Made by a program: the position numbers and the translations under genes
Assembly (NCBI RefSeq): GCF_009914755.1
Contig: NC_060947.1
Source: the human T2T-CHM13v2.0 reference genome, Homo sapiens
Length of the DNA stretch: 64,000 nucleotides
Reading direction: 5' to 3' (one strand)
The notes under the pieces: model-generated
Database searches by the model: none
What the model was told of the DNA's origin: nothing
The model's input: only the letters and a program-made list of their open reading frames with translations
Shown: piece after piece, positions 13,288 through 28,867 of the stretch
Layout of the letters: the number at the start of each line of letters is the position of its first letter
Position numbering within the stretch: the stretch's first letter is position 1

Positions 13288-15479
13288 ACTGAATAGGATT
13301 CCCAGTACTATCTTTAACCTTTTTGTTTTACCCAAAAAGCTAGGCAGCTGCACCCTGCATTCGTGTTTCATCCTTGGTCTGCCTCAGTCATGAGGTGCTT
13401 CCTACAAATATGGCTGTCTCTGTGATTTCTCATTCAACACCATTTTCTCTAAATGTTGAATTTAGACTGGTTGCAGAGGAGCTCTTACCATGAGTCCATA
13501 GCACACTTTCCTCATTATTGCCAACAAGAAATATTTGTCTTGGACTTCTGGTTTCTCCTTACATGGAGAACTGATTTTTCCTGGATATTAGAATTTGCAG
13601 CCAGGGTTATTTTCTCTGTCTTTTTCCACAGCCTTGTGTGGCTTCTACTGCTTGTGATTCTGAATATCTTCTATCTCTTATTCTCATAAAAAGGAAAGCA
13701 GTGTTTCTGTTTTTCACCTTTATTGTGTTTTTTGAAATGATTTCCAAGTAGACGAGAGTTCAAGATGGACTTTATTACACCATTTCTAACCAGAAATATT
13801 TCTCTTAAATAAGCATTTTAGTAACAAGGTCTTGAGTCAGCTAGGAATAGTGGGTGAAGATGTAAAAATACTTACACTGTTTCCATTTAGCAATGGGGCT
13901 GACTTGGTGACATAAGAGGATTTCTTGATAAAGAAGGAGAAAATCAGAAAGGTTATATTTGTGAATTTCATATGTTAACCAGCTCTTTGTAACTTTTAGT
14001 AATGTATGTTAACGTTTAAGCATAAAATGTAGCTATTTTAAGTATCAGGAATTTTAGAACTAGCTTTCTTCCTGAATTGTAGTAAAAATCAACTATTTAT
14101 GGAATGGGAACCTTTGTCTAAATCAAAAAAGAAAAAAAGAAAAATCAGCGATTTAAAACTAAAATAGTATTATTTTTGCCTCTTTTCAGTGATTTCTGGT
14201 CTCTTTTTGTAACTTTAAAAAATTGGACTGTCACATCTGTGCTATTATATAATGCTGGTCGATTCTTTGAATAGTTTTTAGGATCAAATTGAGAACTTAC
14301 ATTTTATGGAAAGTCTATTCCAAACTCTTCGTAAGTGCAAAAGCAATGGAGAATAGAAATCATCATAACAGGACATTAAAATTATATTAATTTTCTGTTA
14401 AGTACTGAGTTTATGTTCTGTCTATGTTGCAATAATATTTCTAAAATGAAAAATAAATAGTTTCAGGCCATTTTTGTTTGCATTAAGCATGAGAACCTAC
14501 TCTGTCTTACACATTTTGAGGGAAAAAATTGCTTCCGCTGGCAAGCATTGGAAATGTGAACATTAAATTATTTATATTCAGTGGGGGTACAGTTGAATAA
14601 TGCACATTATATGGGATCATTTAAAAGTAAATGGAAAACATTATCTGAATCCAAATATACAAATATATGCAAGTGGCATGCTATTGTGGTTTGGTTAAAT
14701 AAATGCCCTTAGGAATTTTAAGAAAACGTGGGTTGCCAAATCAATTTGTGTTTGAACATTGAAAAGAACATAATAAGACCTAGAAGAGGGGGCATAGTTT
14801 TTTCACGTTTTCAGAGTTGTGTTTTCTTTTAGTTTGGTTATGTGCAAATTAAGATTGTGTCTTGAAGAGAGGCTATTATAAGTGTGTGTGGGGAGTGCGG
14901 TGGGTGGTGTGGGGTGGGACACTCCCCATGGACTAATTTAGAGTTTAAAAATAAGGCAACATTTCCTCCCATTATTTTGGTCCATTTTTAACGTTTTTAT
15001 GCATTTTTAAATTTAATTATATTTATTCTTCTGTTTGCCAGGCACCATGCGAGGTGCCGAGGATGCAAAATTGAATAGAGTCTTCCATTACGAGATTTCG
15101 AAACTAAAGAACACAGCAGGCAGACAGACCAATGAAAAGTCAGCAATGGCTGAATGGTGATGTGTGTAAAGCACACATGTGATGTGTGATTGCTTGCAGA
15201 CCATGGAGATTTGCATGCAATACCCAGAAAGCCCATAGAAATAAAAGGACCTGTGAAATGGAGTCACGCGTTTTCTTTATTTTTTACATGTTATTTATTT
15301 CTTCGGTATTTCCAATACTCTCTCCTTCATGATTTTGCTTATTGCACTCTCTCCTTTTCATTCCTTCCTCCCTCCCTCCCCTCCTTGCTCCCTCCACGCC
15401 TTCCTCTCTCTCTCTCTCCCCCACCCCTTGTCTGTCTTTGTACATACACATAGGGAAGCATGCATAAAACATATAATGG

Positions 15480-16200
15480 ATTGAGTTTAAAGAATAATTT
15501 ATAAAATTAATATCCATTACCCAGGTTGAAAAACAAAACAAAAAACGCCAACCCAATAATGAGATGTCCAGTCATTCTATCTTTTGTATTGTTTTATTGT
15601 CTATGTAAATATCCCTCAACAATACATTGTTTAGTTTTGCCTGTTTTTGAACTTCACATAAATGGTATCATAGGGCATATAGTTTTGTCTGACTTGGTTC
15701 TCTCACTATTATGATTTTGAAATGCATTCATGTCGATACATGTACACGGAGTTTATTCATATTCACTGCAGTTTTATTGTGTGAATCTACCCTATTTTAT
15801 TCATCGAGTCCAATGTTGATGAGTGCATAGGTTGTTTTCAGTATTCTCTGGTCGTGGACAACGTGGGTATGAATATTTGCTCATGGGCTTTGGCATTTTT
15901 TTTTTAATTGCAAGGCCCTAGAGAATGAGCATGTTCAAGTTTACTAGAAAATTCTCACTGATTCCAAGGTGGTTGCGGGACTATTTTATTCTCACCAAAA
16001 AAATGTATATGAGAACTTGACTGCTTTCTATTCATACCAATACTTGGTGCAGCCAGACTATTAATTTTTGCCATCTGTTGGCAAGCAATTTTTTAAGAAA
16101 TTTGCATTTCTCTCATTATTATTGAGGTTAAGCATTGTTTTATAGATAGTCTGGCCACTGTTTATTCAGTCTCTCAATAAGTGGGTGTGTTCAAGTTTGT
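15480..16200 (-). mobile_element. old L1ME-like 3' fragment
   Basis: TTTTGCCTGTTTTTGAACTTCACATAAATGGTATCATA motif. Confidence 0.6.
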
Positions 16201-16289
16201 GGATGTTATGACAAAGCAATTTATAACTCGTACAGTTACTTTTTAACATTTCTGCTTCCTTAAGTGGTCAAGAGATATATCATTATGCT

Positions 16290-16690
16290 TTTTAATAATT
16301 TGTATAAGTTTAAGAGGTACAGGTGCAATTTTGTTATAGATATATTACCTACTGCCTTCTGGGCTTTCAGTGTATTCATCACCTGAATAATGCACATTGT
16401 ACTCATGACAGAAATTCTCATCCCTCACCCCCTCCCACTCTCCCACCCTTTGGAGTCTCCAATGTCTGTTTTTCCACTCTCTATATCCATGAGTGCGCAT
16501 TCTTTAGCTCCCACTTACAAATGAGCACGTCTGGCATTTCACTTTCTAAGTTATTTTACTTAAGATAATAGCCTTCAGTTCCATCCATGTTATTGCAAAA
16601 GTCATGGTTTCATTTATTTTTATGGCTGAATAGTAGTCCACTGTGTAGATATACCACATTTTCTTTTTCAATTTTTTTATTCTTATAGAT
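16290..16690 (-). mobile_element. L1 3' fragment (L1PB/L1MA-like)
   Basis: TTTAGCTCCCACTTACAAATGAG, TATGGCTGAATAGTAGTCCA motifs. Confidence 0.7.
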
Positions 16691-16694
16691 TTAA

Positions 16695-17114
<420 letters not shown>

Positions 17115-17627
17115 TAAATCAAACAATAGCCCTCAGCAATTTAATGGGCAAATCACTCCTCTGCCATTAGCCAGGGGATCCACATTTATCATTTGAGAGA
17201 TCAGCTGTTATTCTGTTCTTGGAACAACTCAAATTTTCTAAAACACAGAAGGCTCTCCGTATACCATCCCAAAGCCACCTGTCAATTGGGTTAACTGGTT
17301 AAGTGTCTTCTCTATTTCTTCTTTCCTGGCTGGCCCTAGCCAAGTGTCTTCTCAAACAATCGATTAGTGAAGTGTAAATATAAGTCATTCAACTGACCCT
17401 TTCAATTGCCCTTTGAGAATATCTTTTTAGAGTATGCAGATGGAGTTTGAAAATGGTCAACTGAAGTTTTTGTTGCTATGAGGAAGAATATAAAAGGACA
17501 ATGTCAAAGCTTCATTTTCTTATTCTTTCTGATCCATTGGTTAAAAATTATCTTTTGAAAATCATTTTTCAATTCCCTAACAGCATCATAAATCTTACTT
17601 ACTGTATCTTGTATAACAGCCACTCAT

Positions 17628-17942
17628 GTCCAGGCATGGTGACTCATGCCTGTACTCCCAGCACTTGGGGAGGCTGAGGCAGGAGGATGGCTTTAGGCCA
17701 GGAGCTCAAGACCAGCCTGGGCCACATAGTGAGATCCTATCTCTACAAAAAAATTTTTAAAAATTAGCCAGATATGGTGGTGTGTGCCTGTAGTCCCAGC
17801 TACTCAGGAGGCTGAGGTGGGAGGATCCCTTGAGCCTGGTAGTCCAGGGCTGCAGTGAGCTAAGATTGCACTGCTGCACTCCAGCCTGGGTGACAGTGTG
17901 AGACCCCATACCTAAAAAACCAAACAAAACAAACAAACAAAA
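17628..17942 (+). mobile_element. Alu (AluJ-like)
   Basis: dimeric Alu with A-rich tail. Confidence 0.9.
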
Positions 17943-18332
17943 CTCACTCAAAATGTTGCCAAAATCCAAATCAGTTTGGAAAGGGTGACGATTTGTATCT
18001 GTGGAGATGTTCAGTAATGCATTTAGTGAAGCAACAGTCTCGTGGAAAGAAGCTCAGGCATGAAAGAACACACTCTAGGTTCTGAAAGTGTTTCCAGAAG
18101 TCACAATTGTGTTCGATCAAGAAGAGCACCTATGAGTATACGGATAGCTCTAAGGAGATTACTTTGAAAGAGTAAGATTCTTTATCTGTGTACTTTCACA
18201 GACTTAAATAAAACACGTGCATTTTAGAATAGTCAGTGTTGCCCTTAAATATCATGCTTGGTACTCCCCAGTACTAATAGTTTCTGCGGCTCTATGTGCA
18301 GAAAACACAGGTCTTTAAAATGAAAGTTTTGG

Positions 18333-18670
<338 letters not shown>

Positions 18671-19533
18671 TCATACTACCAAATGGCAAATGAAGACACT
18701 TCATTTTCTTTACTCAATCCTTCAATAAAAATATGCTGGAGAATCAGATGCCTTTGTGTTTGTCGTTGGTTTTTATTTGGGGATAAATAAAGCATTCTTT
18801 ATTTTCATTGCCCAAAAGTATTTTATGTATTGAATTTGCTTGAATTATTCTGAATTAATGACTTGCTTTTTTTATGTACAAATATGTTGATCATAGGTCT
18901 AAGCTAGGTAGTATAACTTTTTTCTGGCCCCCTAAAAATTCAAAAGTTTTAAGAATATTTTTATTTTTTCTTTATTATGAAAATAACATGAACGCCCTTT
19001 GGAATTGGTGATCTCCTGGGGAAGATAAAGTTATATACTTATAAATAAATAATAACTCAGGTTCAAGGGATCACATAAACTTTCTACAGAGAAAATAGCA
19101 CAAGAAGTCAACACAAGACAAAATTAAGCTGTATCTATAAAGTATCAAAAGTCACTAAGTGAAAAAAGCCAATTATGAATGTTTAATTGATGATTAAATT
19201 TTCATTTTTTAGCCTGTACACCTGGCTTGCTTTCTCATTCCACAAATTTGAGCAACTGTATATCTGTAGTACATAAATAACTGGGTGAGAAGCATAACTA
19301 GGCAATACAATATTATCTGCAACAATATTTTGGTTGTTTTGCCAAATAGAATGAGTGTATACTCATAGATCAATAATTTTTCTCTTTGAATTTAAAAGAC
19401 ATTCAAAGAAATTTAGATAGAGTGCATGAATAGAAGGCCTTGATATTTTCTCATTTTCCTACTTCTTGAGAACAACTTGTTAAATACTTGCACTATATTG
19501 ACCTTTAAAGATGTGCCCCTTATGAGGGAGAAG

Positions 19534-19854
19534 TTTTTTTGTCTTTTTTTAGACAGGGTCTTGCTCTGTTGCTCAGGCTGGAGAGCAGCAGGGCAATCAC
19601 AGCTCACTGCAGCCTCCACCTCCTGGGCTCAAATGATCCTCCTGCCTTAGCCTCCTGAGTAGCTGGGCCTGCAGACTGTGCTACCATGCCTGGCTAATTT
19701 ATTTTATTTTATCTTATTTTATTTTATTTTATTTTTTGTAGAGGTGGGGTCTTTCTATGTTGTCCAGACTGGTCTCAAACTCCCAGGCTTAAGTGCTTCT
19801 CCAACCTCAGCCTCCCAGTGCTGGGATTACAGGCGTGAGCCACCTTGCCCTGCC
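19534..19854 (-). mobile_element. Alu (AluJ-like)
   Basis: reverse-complement Alu; AGAAGTT at both ends. Confidence 0.88.
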
Positions 19855-20233
19855 TGGAAGAAGTTAGAGCCAGAGTTCCTTCAGGGAGGAATCCTTCTTC
19901 ATTTTAAAGTTCTGTTTTCCCTTATTCCAGAGCCATGTATTAAAAAAATTAACATATCATTTCGCCTTTTGATTACCTGATTCTTCTGTTTGTCCCTCAG
20001 AATACTTTACCAGACATATAACAATATATGGCAATAATTAGACTCCAACTATTTGCTATGAGAAACAAATGTATTTATTCATTGGTGTTTAATCTTGACA
20101 TGAAAAGAAGTCAAAAACCGTAATTTGAGCAGTTAACACATGATTTATTGTTAAAGGGAGAAAGTCTAACGTTGTAAATTATTTCTCACAGCAAACTTAA
20201 AATCCACATATGCTTAATCTTTTAAGAGTTAAT

Positions 20234-20554
<321 letters not shown>

Positions 20555-20581
20555 TTATTAAACATCAATGCACCTGAGCAA

Positions 20582-20890
20582 TTTTTTTTTTTTTTTTTTG
20601 AGACAGGTCCTCTCTTTGTCACCCAGGCTTGAATGCAGTGGCATGAGTATGGCTCACTGCAGCCTCAACCTTCTGGGCTGAATTGATCCTTCTGCCTTAG
20701 CCTCTCAAGTAGCTGTGACCACAGGCATGCACCACCACACCCGGCTAATTTAATTTTTTTTTTTTTTTTTGTAGAGATAGAGTCTTGCTATGTTACCCAG
20801 GCTGCTCTTGAACTTCCGGGCTCAAGTGATCCTCCTGCCTCAGCCTCCCAAAGTGCTGGGATACCAGGCATGAGCCACCATGCCCAGCCC
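20582..20890 (-). mobile_element. Alu (AluJ-like)
   Basis: reverse-complement Alu. Confidence 0.9.
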
Positions 20891-21600
20891 GCCTGGGCCT
20901 TTCTGAAAAACATCCCAGTTTTTCAGGAGAACAAAGAGGGTTTTCTCATTCTACCAACAATAGAACTTCCCCAAAGAGAAGCGGGTGTGCTAGCAAGGTA
21001 GAAATGGTTCCAAATGATGGATGACTGCACACTTGGCATTGACAATGAGTCCTAGCCTTCTGAAAGCTGCCTTGGCAATAACATCTATCAGCAGAGAATG
21101 TTTCATGGAAAGACACTGGCCATGCGTCCCCTTTTCTGGTTCATAAAGAGTTCAGCATGAGAAACTATGAGTCAGAGAGACAGAAAAAAATATAGACACT
21201 TTCTTTTCCTGAGATGGAAATTTCATTGCTTAAATGATAAATATACTTACAGAACAGCCAAAACGATGGTGTTTTAAAAGACATCAAAACTAAAGCCAAT
21301 TCTCTTTTCTGAAGGAAACATGAGGTTGTAATATTTTAATGCGGCTGCTGGAATTGTGTGTGCAAGTGCTTATAGAAAGAGTGGGGACAGGACAATTTCT
21401 TAGGAAGTGGAAATTATGAAATTGAGTGGGTCTAGACCCTGTCAGCCCAAGTTCAGATTTGAAATGTGGTGTTCACATGCCACTTCATTAAGCTCTTTAA
21501 ATACATTGAAATTAATGATGTAAGGTACATTTTGTTTAAAAACATGCTGTAAGCAGGGAAAAAAAAATCAGAGGTGGTTACATAGATAACAAATGTTCTA

Positions 21601-21955
<355 letters not shown>

Positions 21956-22489
21956 TTGAAACACCAAAACACTGAGAATATATATATATATATATTTTTT
22001 TTTTCCTATGAAACCAATGATGTATCACTTTGGGGTCTTTTACATTTCTTTTCCATCTGTTTTTCAACTTATAGTAATAATCAGATCATCTTTCATAATT
22101 CAGAGTCATAGAATTTATTTCTGGACCTTTTTTGATATTGATTTGCAATGTCACAAAATTTCTCAGCTAGACTCTCAAAAACTGGCTATGAACATAGTAT
22201 GATTCAAAATACATTTGCAGAATGCAGTTTCCATTTTTATGGTCCAAAACAATTTATTTGAAGGAAAGGGGACAAATTTGTAATTGAGATGGGATGGATG
22301 AGGGCTTTGTCAACTTTCTAGGATAATACTTCATTATGGAGAAATGCATTGCAATTTCTAATACAGAGAAGTGTGATTTTCTACATGTGTATCTTTTGTT
22401 ATTTAAATGGAAGAGATATGGGGATTATTTCACATTTATGAATTTTTAAAATTCAGGCCACAATGATGAAAGCAAGCAAGCATGAGGAC

Positions 22490-22984
22490 GTGACACACTG
22501 CCCCGAAACTTAGTGGCTAAAAAAAACAAATACTCATTGTTTGGCACAAGAGTGTCTCTGGTTTTGTAATTTGGACTGGGCTCAGCTGGGTGGCTCTTCT
22601 TTTCTTGCCTGGGCTCCCTCATGTATCTGTGGTCAGTTCACAGGTTGGCTGGGGGCTGGAGGGTCTAGGACAGACTCAGGCAAGGTGACAACTCATTTCA
22701 TCTCCTAGTGATTTGAATGAACTCCAGTAGTTTGGCTCTGATTTGTATACATGGGACTTGGGCTGAGGTCCAAGAGCTGAAACATGAAAGACCTTGTGAA
22801 GCCCAGGTTTAAAACTATCATGCTATCCCTTCCACTGCATGCTGTTGACTAAAGAAAGACAATGCAGATTCATGGGGAGGGCTAGTGCACTTCACTTGTT
22901 AACGGGAGGAGTGACAAAGTCGTCTTACATAGGGTGTGGACAGGGAGGGGCTATGGCAGGTGGCCAGTTTGCAATGAACCACAA
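22490..22984 (-). mobile_element. old MaLR LTR (MLT1-like)
   Basis: AAACTTAGTGGCTAAAA...GGGCTCAGCTGGGTGGCTCTTC...GCAATGAACCACA pattern. Confidence 0.6.
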
Positions 22985-23540
22985 ATAGTAAAACATACTA
23001 TTGTTGAGCTCTCTAAAAGTATATTATATTTCATCTAAAAAAATAAACAATCTAAGAGTAGTGTTGAAATCTCTCTAGAAAAGACCTTATAGCTAGATTT
23101 TTAGGCTTTCATATTGATTATGATGATACCAAAAAATTAAACTATTGGATTAACTTGGAAATTAACAAACAAAGCACAGTATAGCTTTTTTAATGGTGTG
23201 CTTCCATTATTCATTATATAAAGTATTTAAATCCAGGAACAGATAGTAGGGATTGTCAAACAGAAGCACTTTAACTGAGAGCCATAGAGATGTATCACTA
23301 AAGTATCACTTAACTCTAGCCCTTTAATAATGCACACTCACGTTTTTAAGGGAAAAGAGTGAAATAAAATAGAGCGTGTAACTTTCATATAAGGAGAGGG
23401 GGAATATAGAAATAGATTTTAACTCAATCAATTCAAGAGTAGGCAGCAAAGAAGAAAATGAAGAGCGTTTGGTAAATGGAAAACACAAAATAAGCAGGAG
23501 AAAATAAGATCCGATATATCAGATATAAGAATAAATGGAG

Positions 23541-24130
23541 TTCTCTTTGCCATCTTTTCTCCTCCCGTGGAGCTGCTGCCATGAATGTCGAGGTTTGCAG
23601 TTTCAGAGGGTACAAGATCTACCCCGGACACGGGAGGTGCTATGCCAGGACCAATGACGAGAAGGTTTTCCAGTGTCTTAATGCAAAATGCGAGTTGGCG
23701 TTCCTTGCCAAGAGGAATCCTTGGCAGGTAAACTGGACTGTCCTCTACAGAAGGAAGCACAAAAAAGGACAATTGGAAGAAATTCAACAGAAAAGAAGCT
23801 GCTGAGCAAATTGCAGAGGGCCCTTAATGGTGCAATCTCTCATTGACATAATGGCCAAGAGGAATGAGAAACTTGACATTAGAAAGGCTCAATGAGAACA
23901 AGCTATCAGGGCTCATAAAGAAGCAAAAAAGGCTAAGCAAGCAGCTAAAAAGACCGCAATGGCTGCTGCTAAGACACCTATTAGGTTGGTGCAAAAGTAA
24001 TTGCGTTTTTGCCAAAGGCAGCACCTAGGCAGACAATTGCAAAGCCTGTGGAAGTTTCAGCTCCCCAAGTTGGTGGAAAACGCTAAGCCGACAGATCAGA
24101 TTTTAAAGTAAAGATTGGACTATAACTCTA
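23541..24130 (+). pseudogene. RPL24: processed pseudogene of 60S ribosomal protein L24 (eL24)
   Basis: intronless; pyrimidine-rich 5'UTR, ATG 23581, [24 protein letters not shown]...[13 protein letters not shown]; premature TGA at 23803-23805; C-terminus ...VSAPQVGGKR* near 24086; MADE1 remnant inserted. Confidence 0.95.
23981..24014 (+). mobile_element. MADE1 (Hsmar1 MITE) half / single TIR
   Basis: TA|TTAGGTTGGTGCAAAAGTAATTGCGTTTTTGCCA interrupts RPL24 CDS at CCTA/CAAAGG. Confidence 0.9.
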
Positions 24131-24361
24131 GGTTGTGCTGGAGATTTTATTCTCATAATAGGCATGTTGGGCCTTACATGGTCATAGGTGAACTAATAAA
24201 GTTAAGAATGTAAGAGGTAGGTATTTTATTAAAAAGTCTATTTGCTTAGCTGGGGTGTGTCGGGCACATTACAAAAACTTCTTTGTCTTAACTTTTTGGT
24301 TACATGGCTGTAAGTACTAGGATGTTCCATGGCTGTAAGTACTAGGATGTTACATGGATTT

Positions 24362-24692
24362 GCCTGGCTCGGTGACAAATGCCTGTAGTCCCAACATTTG
24401 GGAGGCCTAGGCAGGCAGATCGCCTGACCTTAGGAGTTCAAGACCAGCCTGGGCAACATGGCAAAACCCTGTCTCTACAAAAAATACAAACCCTGTTTCT
24501 ACAAAAAATACAAAAAATATAAAAATGAACTGCAGGTGCATGGTGGCATGCACCTGTAGTTTCAGCTATTTAGGAGGTGGAGGTGGGAGGATCACATGAG
24601 CCCAGGAGGTCGAGGCTACAGTGAGTCAAGATTGCACCACTGCACTCCAGCCTGGGTGACAGCGAGACCCTGTCTCAAAAATGAAAAAAAAA
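24362..24692 (+). mobile_element. Alu (AluJ-like) with 24-bp internal duplication
   Basis: CCCTGTYTCTACAAAAAATACAAA x2 in linker. Confidence 0.88.
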
Positions 24693-25359
24693 AGGATGTA
24701 CTTTTTAGACTATTTTCTAGTTAAATTACTTTTTCCCATGATAGACAAATTTAGTTTATATTGGGTTTGCCTTGTAGCCATTGGTATCTTGCCTATCATT
24801 TGCTAATAGGTGAGTTGAAGGTGCTTAAAACTATCAGCTGTATTAATCTGCTCTTGCTTACAGAAAATATGCCTAAATGAAAAGCATGGCTGCTTGAGTA
24901 AAGAGTATCCTTAGCTAGACTCCTGGAGTAGTTTGTTGAGCTGGGGGTTTGCCAGAGCCATGCTAAATTGCAAAAATGTCTGAATAAACTGCTGATATTC
25001 AAGAGATATGTATATTGAAGATGTGATAAAATAGTAGTAATCATGACTTACATGTAAAGCATAGGCTTGTCCTTCTACAGAAAGTAGATCGTTTTTAACC
25101 TGCCAGCCTGTGCCAAGTTGCAAGGATACAACAGTGGACAAATCACAGTGCTCTTTCAGGAAACATCAGAACACTAGGTGAGGGTATAGTCAATGTCAAC
25201 ATTTTCCTCCATTCCCATTCTTTCCAAGGTGATAGAATTAATTTTTCATTCTAGTGCATGTTACATTCAGACATCTAAGTTTTGCAGATAAAATGAGTAA
25301 GTCCCTTTGGGAACCTGAAAATGGAAACCATATGTAAAATCAACATAAGAAATATGTAA

Positions 25360-25684
<325 letters not shown>

Positions 25685-25844
25685 TCATAAAAGCAAAATG
25701 TTAAGATTTTGCTTGGGGGAAAAGCTCTCTTTTTTCGTATAGACAATATTATGCTATATTTAGGAAATTACTGGGAAAATAAAATCATACCCAACTTGAA
25801 TGTAGAGCTATGCTTGATAACTTTTGGGTACTAAAATGTCCCCT

Positions 25845-25846
<2 letters not shown>

Positions 25847-25875
<29 letters not shown>

Positions 25876-25886
25876 AGATAAATAAA
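25847..25886. repeat. (TAAA)n microsatellite, probable decayed poly(A) tail
   Basis: direct inspection; followed by AATAAATG matching the retrocopy 5' flank. Confidence 0.75.
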
Positions 25887-27330
25887 TGTGAATGGATTAA
25901 ACTCACCTCTTAAGAGACAGATTTTTTCTAAGAGTGAACAAAAAATTAAAAATTTAAGGAGACACAAGTGAAGCATAAAAAACATAAAAGTTTGAAAATA
26001 AATATTAAAAACAGAGAAAATAACACAAATAAAGCTGGCATAATAATGTATTAGAAAAACAACTTCCAGGCAGAAATCATTATTGGGGATTACAGGATTC
26101 ACTGCTTAAAAAAAGGAACAATTTACTAGGAAAATATAATAATCTTTAACCTATATGAATCTAACAAAATTGCCCTAAAAGTAGAAAGCAAATTGTCGTA
26201 ATTATAGAGAGAAATTAAAAATCACAACTGTGTAAAAAATTTAATGCTCTCTTGAAATATGTCAAACGGATTTTTTAAAAAAGAATAACACTGATATCAA
26301 CACATAGATAATCAGGTTCTTTCCAAGCACAGAGACAAATGGTATAGGATTTGAGCAATTAAAACTACCAAGCATTGAGAATATATATCTTTCCAAGTAT
26401 ATATGGCACATATCCTTTAAGTGACTACCACACTATGTTAAATAGCGTTTTTCTTTTACAAATTTTAAATGTGATTGAGATAGCATTCTTTAATTAAAAT
26501 GCAAAAATAGAATTAAGTTATAAGAAGTAGCCTTTTCCACCCACACATTTGGAAAGTAAAATCAAAATTATAAATAATTCACTCATTAAATACTTAAAAC
26601 TACAAACAAAATGACAAACTGTTTAGCATAGCATCACGTGAAAGTACCTTGTACCCAAATAGATAACTTGATAGTGGGAAGGAATGTATAACTTTAAATG
26701 CATATTCTAGAAAATAAGAACTGCTGAAAGTTAATGAATTAAATATTCAACTCAAGAATTTTTAAAGCAGTGAACAAGAAAATCCACAAAAGTTATCACA
26801 ACAAAGCAAATTAATAAAAACAAATGAATAAAATACAACACAACAAACAGAAAATTAATAACACAGGAACAGAAAACCAAATACCACATGGGCTCACCTG
26901 CAAGTGGGAGCTAAACATTGGGTACTCAGGGACACAAAGATGGGAATTATAGACACTGGGGGCTACTGGAGGGGGAGGGGTTAGGGGGTGTTGAAAAACT
27001 ACCTATTGGGTACAATGCTCACTTCCTGGGTGATGGGATCATTTGTACTCCAAACCTTAATGACATGTGATTTACCCATGTAACAAATCTGCATCTGTAC
27101 CCCCTGAACCTAAAATAAAAGTTTAAAAAAAGATATACAGACAAAAGTAACAGGAAATTAAAACTTGAAAAAATAGAGTGGATAATTAAACCAAAAGCCA
27201 TTTTAAAAAATTACCAATGAAATAGAAAACTCTGGCAAGATTAAGCAAGAATATAAGAATGCTGAGACCAGTAAACAATATTAAATACAAACAGGGAGCT
27301 AAAACTAACAGATAAAGGCAAACTGAACAT
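25881..27330 (+). mobile_element. old L1M ORF2 5' region (continuation of fragment ~23290-23540)
   Basis: A-rich decayed L1: AAATGTGAATGGATTAAACTCACCTCTTAAGAGACAG resembles ORF2 start (NVNGLNSP.KR). Confidence 0.6.
26857..27130 (+). mobile_element. L1PA (older) 3' end
   Basis: CAGGAACAGAAAACCAAATACCACATG...CCCCTGAACCTAAAATAAAAGTT. Confidence 0.85.
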
Positions 27331-27983
27331 CTTAGAATAGCAGGGGGAAAAAGGCAAATTTCAGTAGATTAAAAAAAATTGGAAGAATATGTATTGTTTT
27401 AAGGATGACATTCAAACAAATTTCTTATTACATTGACTCAACTCTGTGCAATTGAAATATTTCATTACTCAAAGTAGAAAGTAATTACATGTTAAGCATC
27501 TTAATTGGTGAACAGACTGCCAGAAATTTGAATGATCAACCTACACATCATTTCTAGCTTGAAGCATAATAAATGACTCAAAACAGATCCTGCTAATACA
27601 TTTAGAGGATATGTTGTTTTTCAGTGAAAGTAGTAAAATAGTTTCATGGGAAATTTATGAGACCAGAAAATTATGTTCTACTTTGGAAAGATTACAAGGC
27701 TAAACTCTGTTGTGAGAATGACTGAGATATCCCTTCATTCAATGTCTTAACATTTTAACTGACAGACACATCATAGTACATCTTTTCTCCAGATTGGCAA
27801 CATTTTGTGAGCTTTAATATGGGTAATAAAATGCCATTATTTAATAATGATGCCACAATCTTACATTTTTTATATGGCTTAGCATTGTACAAAATGTGTT
27901 GACATGTTGAATCTGTTTACCCATTTAATTGATATGTAATTTGTCCACATGACCACTTGCTCCTTCTTCATCATCATATCTAA

Positions 27984-28286
<303 letters not shown>

Positions 28287-28450
28287 ATATTAATATTATA
28301 ATTTTTTTTCCACAAATGTAAAACCTTAGCATAATTAAGGATGACTGACTTGCTCAAGGTCATATATCTAGAAAGTGTCTAAGTCGGGACTAACTTGGAT
28401 CTCCTGACACATAGATTAGTGTTATTTCCACTAGAAGTTTTCCCATTCTT

Positions 28451-28701
28451 TTTTTTTTTTTTTTTGAGACGGAGTCGCGCTCTGTCGCCTAGGTTGGAGT
28501 GCAGTGGCGCGATCTCGGCTCACTGCAAGCTCCGCCTCCTAGGTGGCGCCCGCCACCATGCCCGGCTAATTTTTTGTAATTTTAGTAGAGACGGGGTTTC
28601 ACCGTGATAGCCGGGATGGTCTCGATCTCCTGAACTCGTGATCCGCCCGCCTCGGCCTCCCAAAGTGCTGGGATTACAAGCGTGAGACACCGTGCCTGGC
28701 C
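28451..28701 (-). mobile_element. AluY with ~45-bp internal deletion
   Basis: CpG-rich; TSD AGAAGTTTTCCCATTCTT (28433-28450/28702-28719). Confidence 0.93.
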
Positions 28702-28768
28702 AGAAGTTTTCCCATTCTTGGTGTGAGGAGACATTAATCATTTCTTCATCTGTCTAGGTCTGTCTAGG

Positions 28769-28772
<4 letters not shown>

Positions 28773-28817
<45 letters not shown>

Positions 28818-28867
28818 ATGTGTATGTGTGTGTGTGTGTGCATATGTGTGTGTGTGTATGTGTGTGT
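28773..28867. repeat. (TG)n microsatellite
   Basis: pure TG run followed by TG/TA interruptions. Confidence 0.95.

Noticed and set aside
23581-23805. Functional short RPL24 protein
   Set aside because: Many substitutions, premature stops and MADE1 insertion; processed pseudogene.
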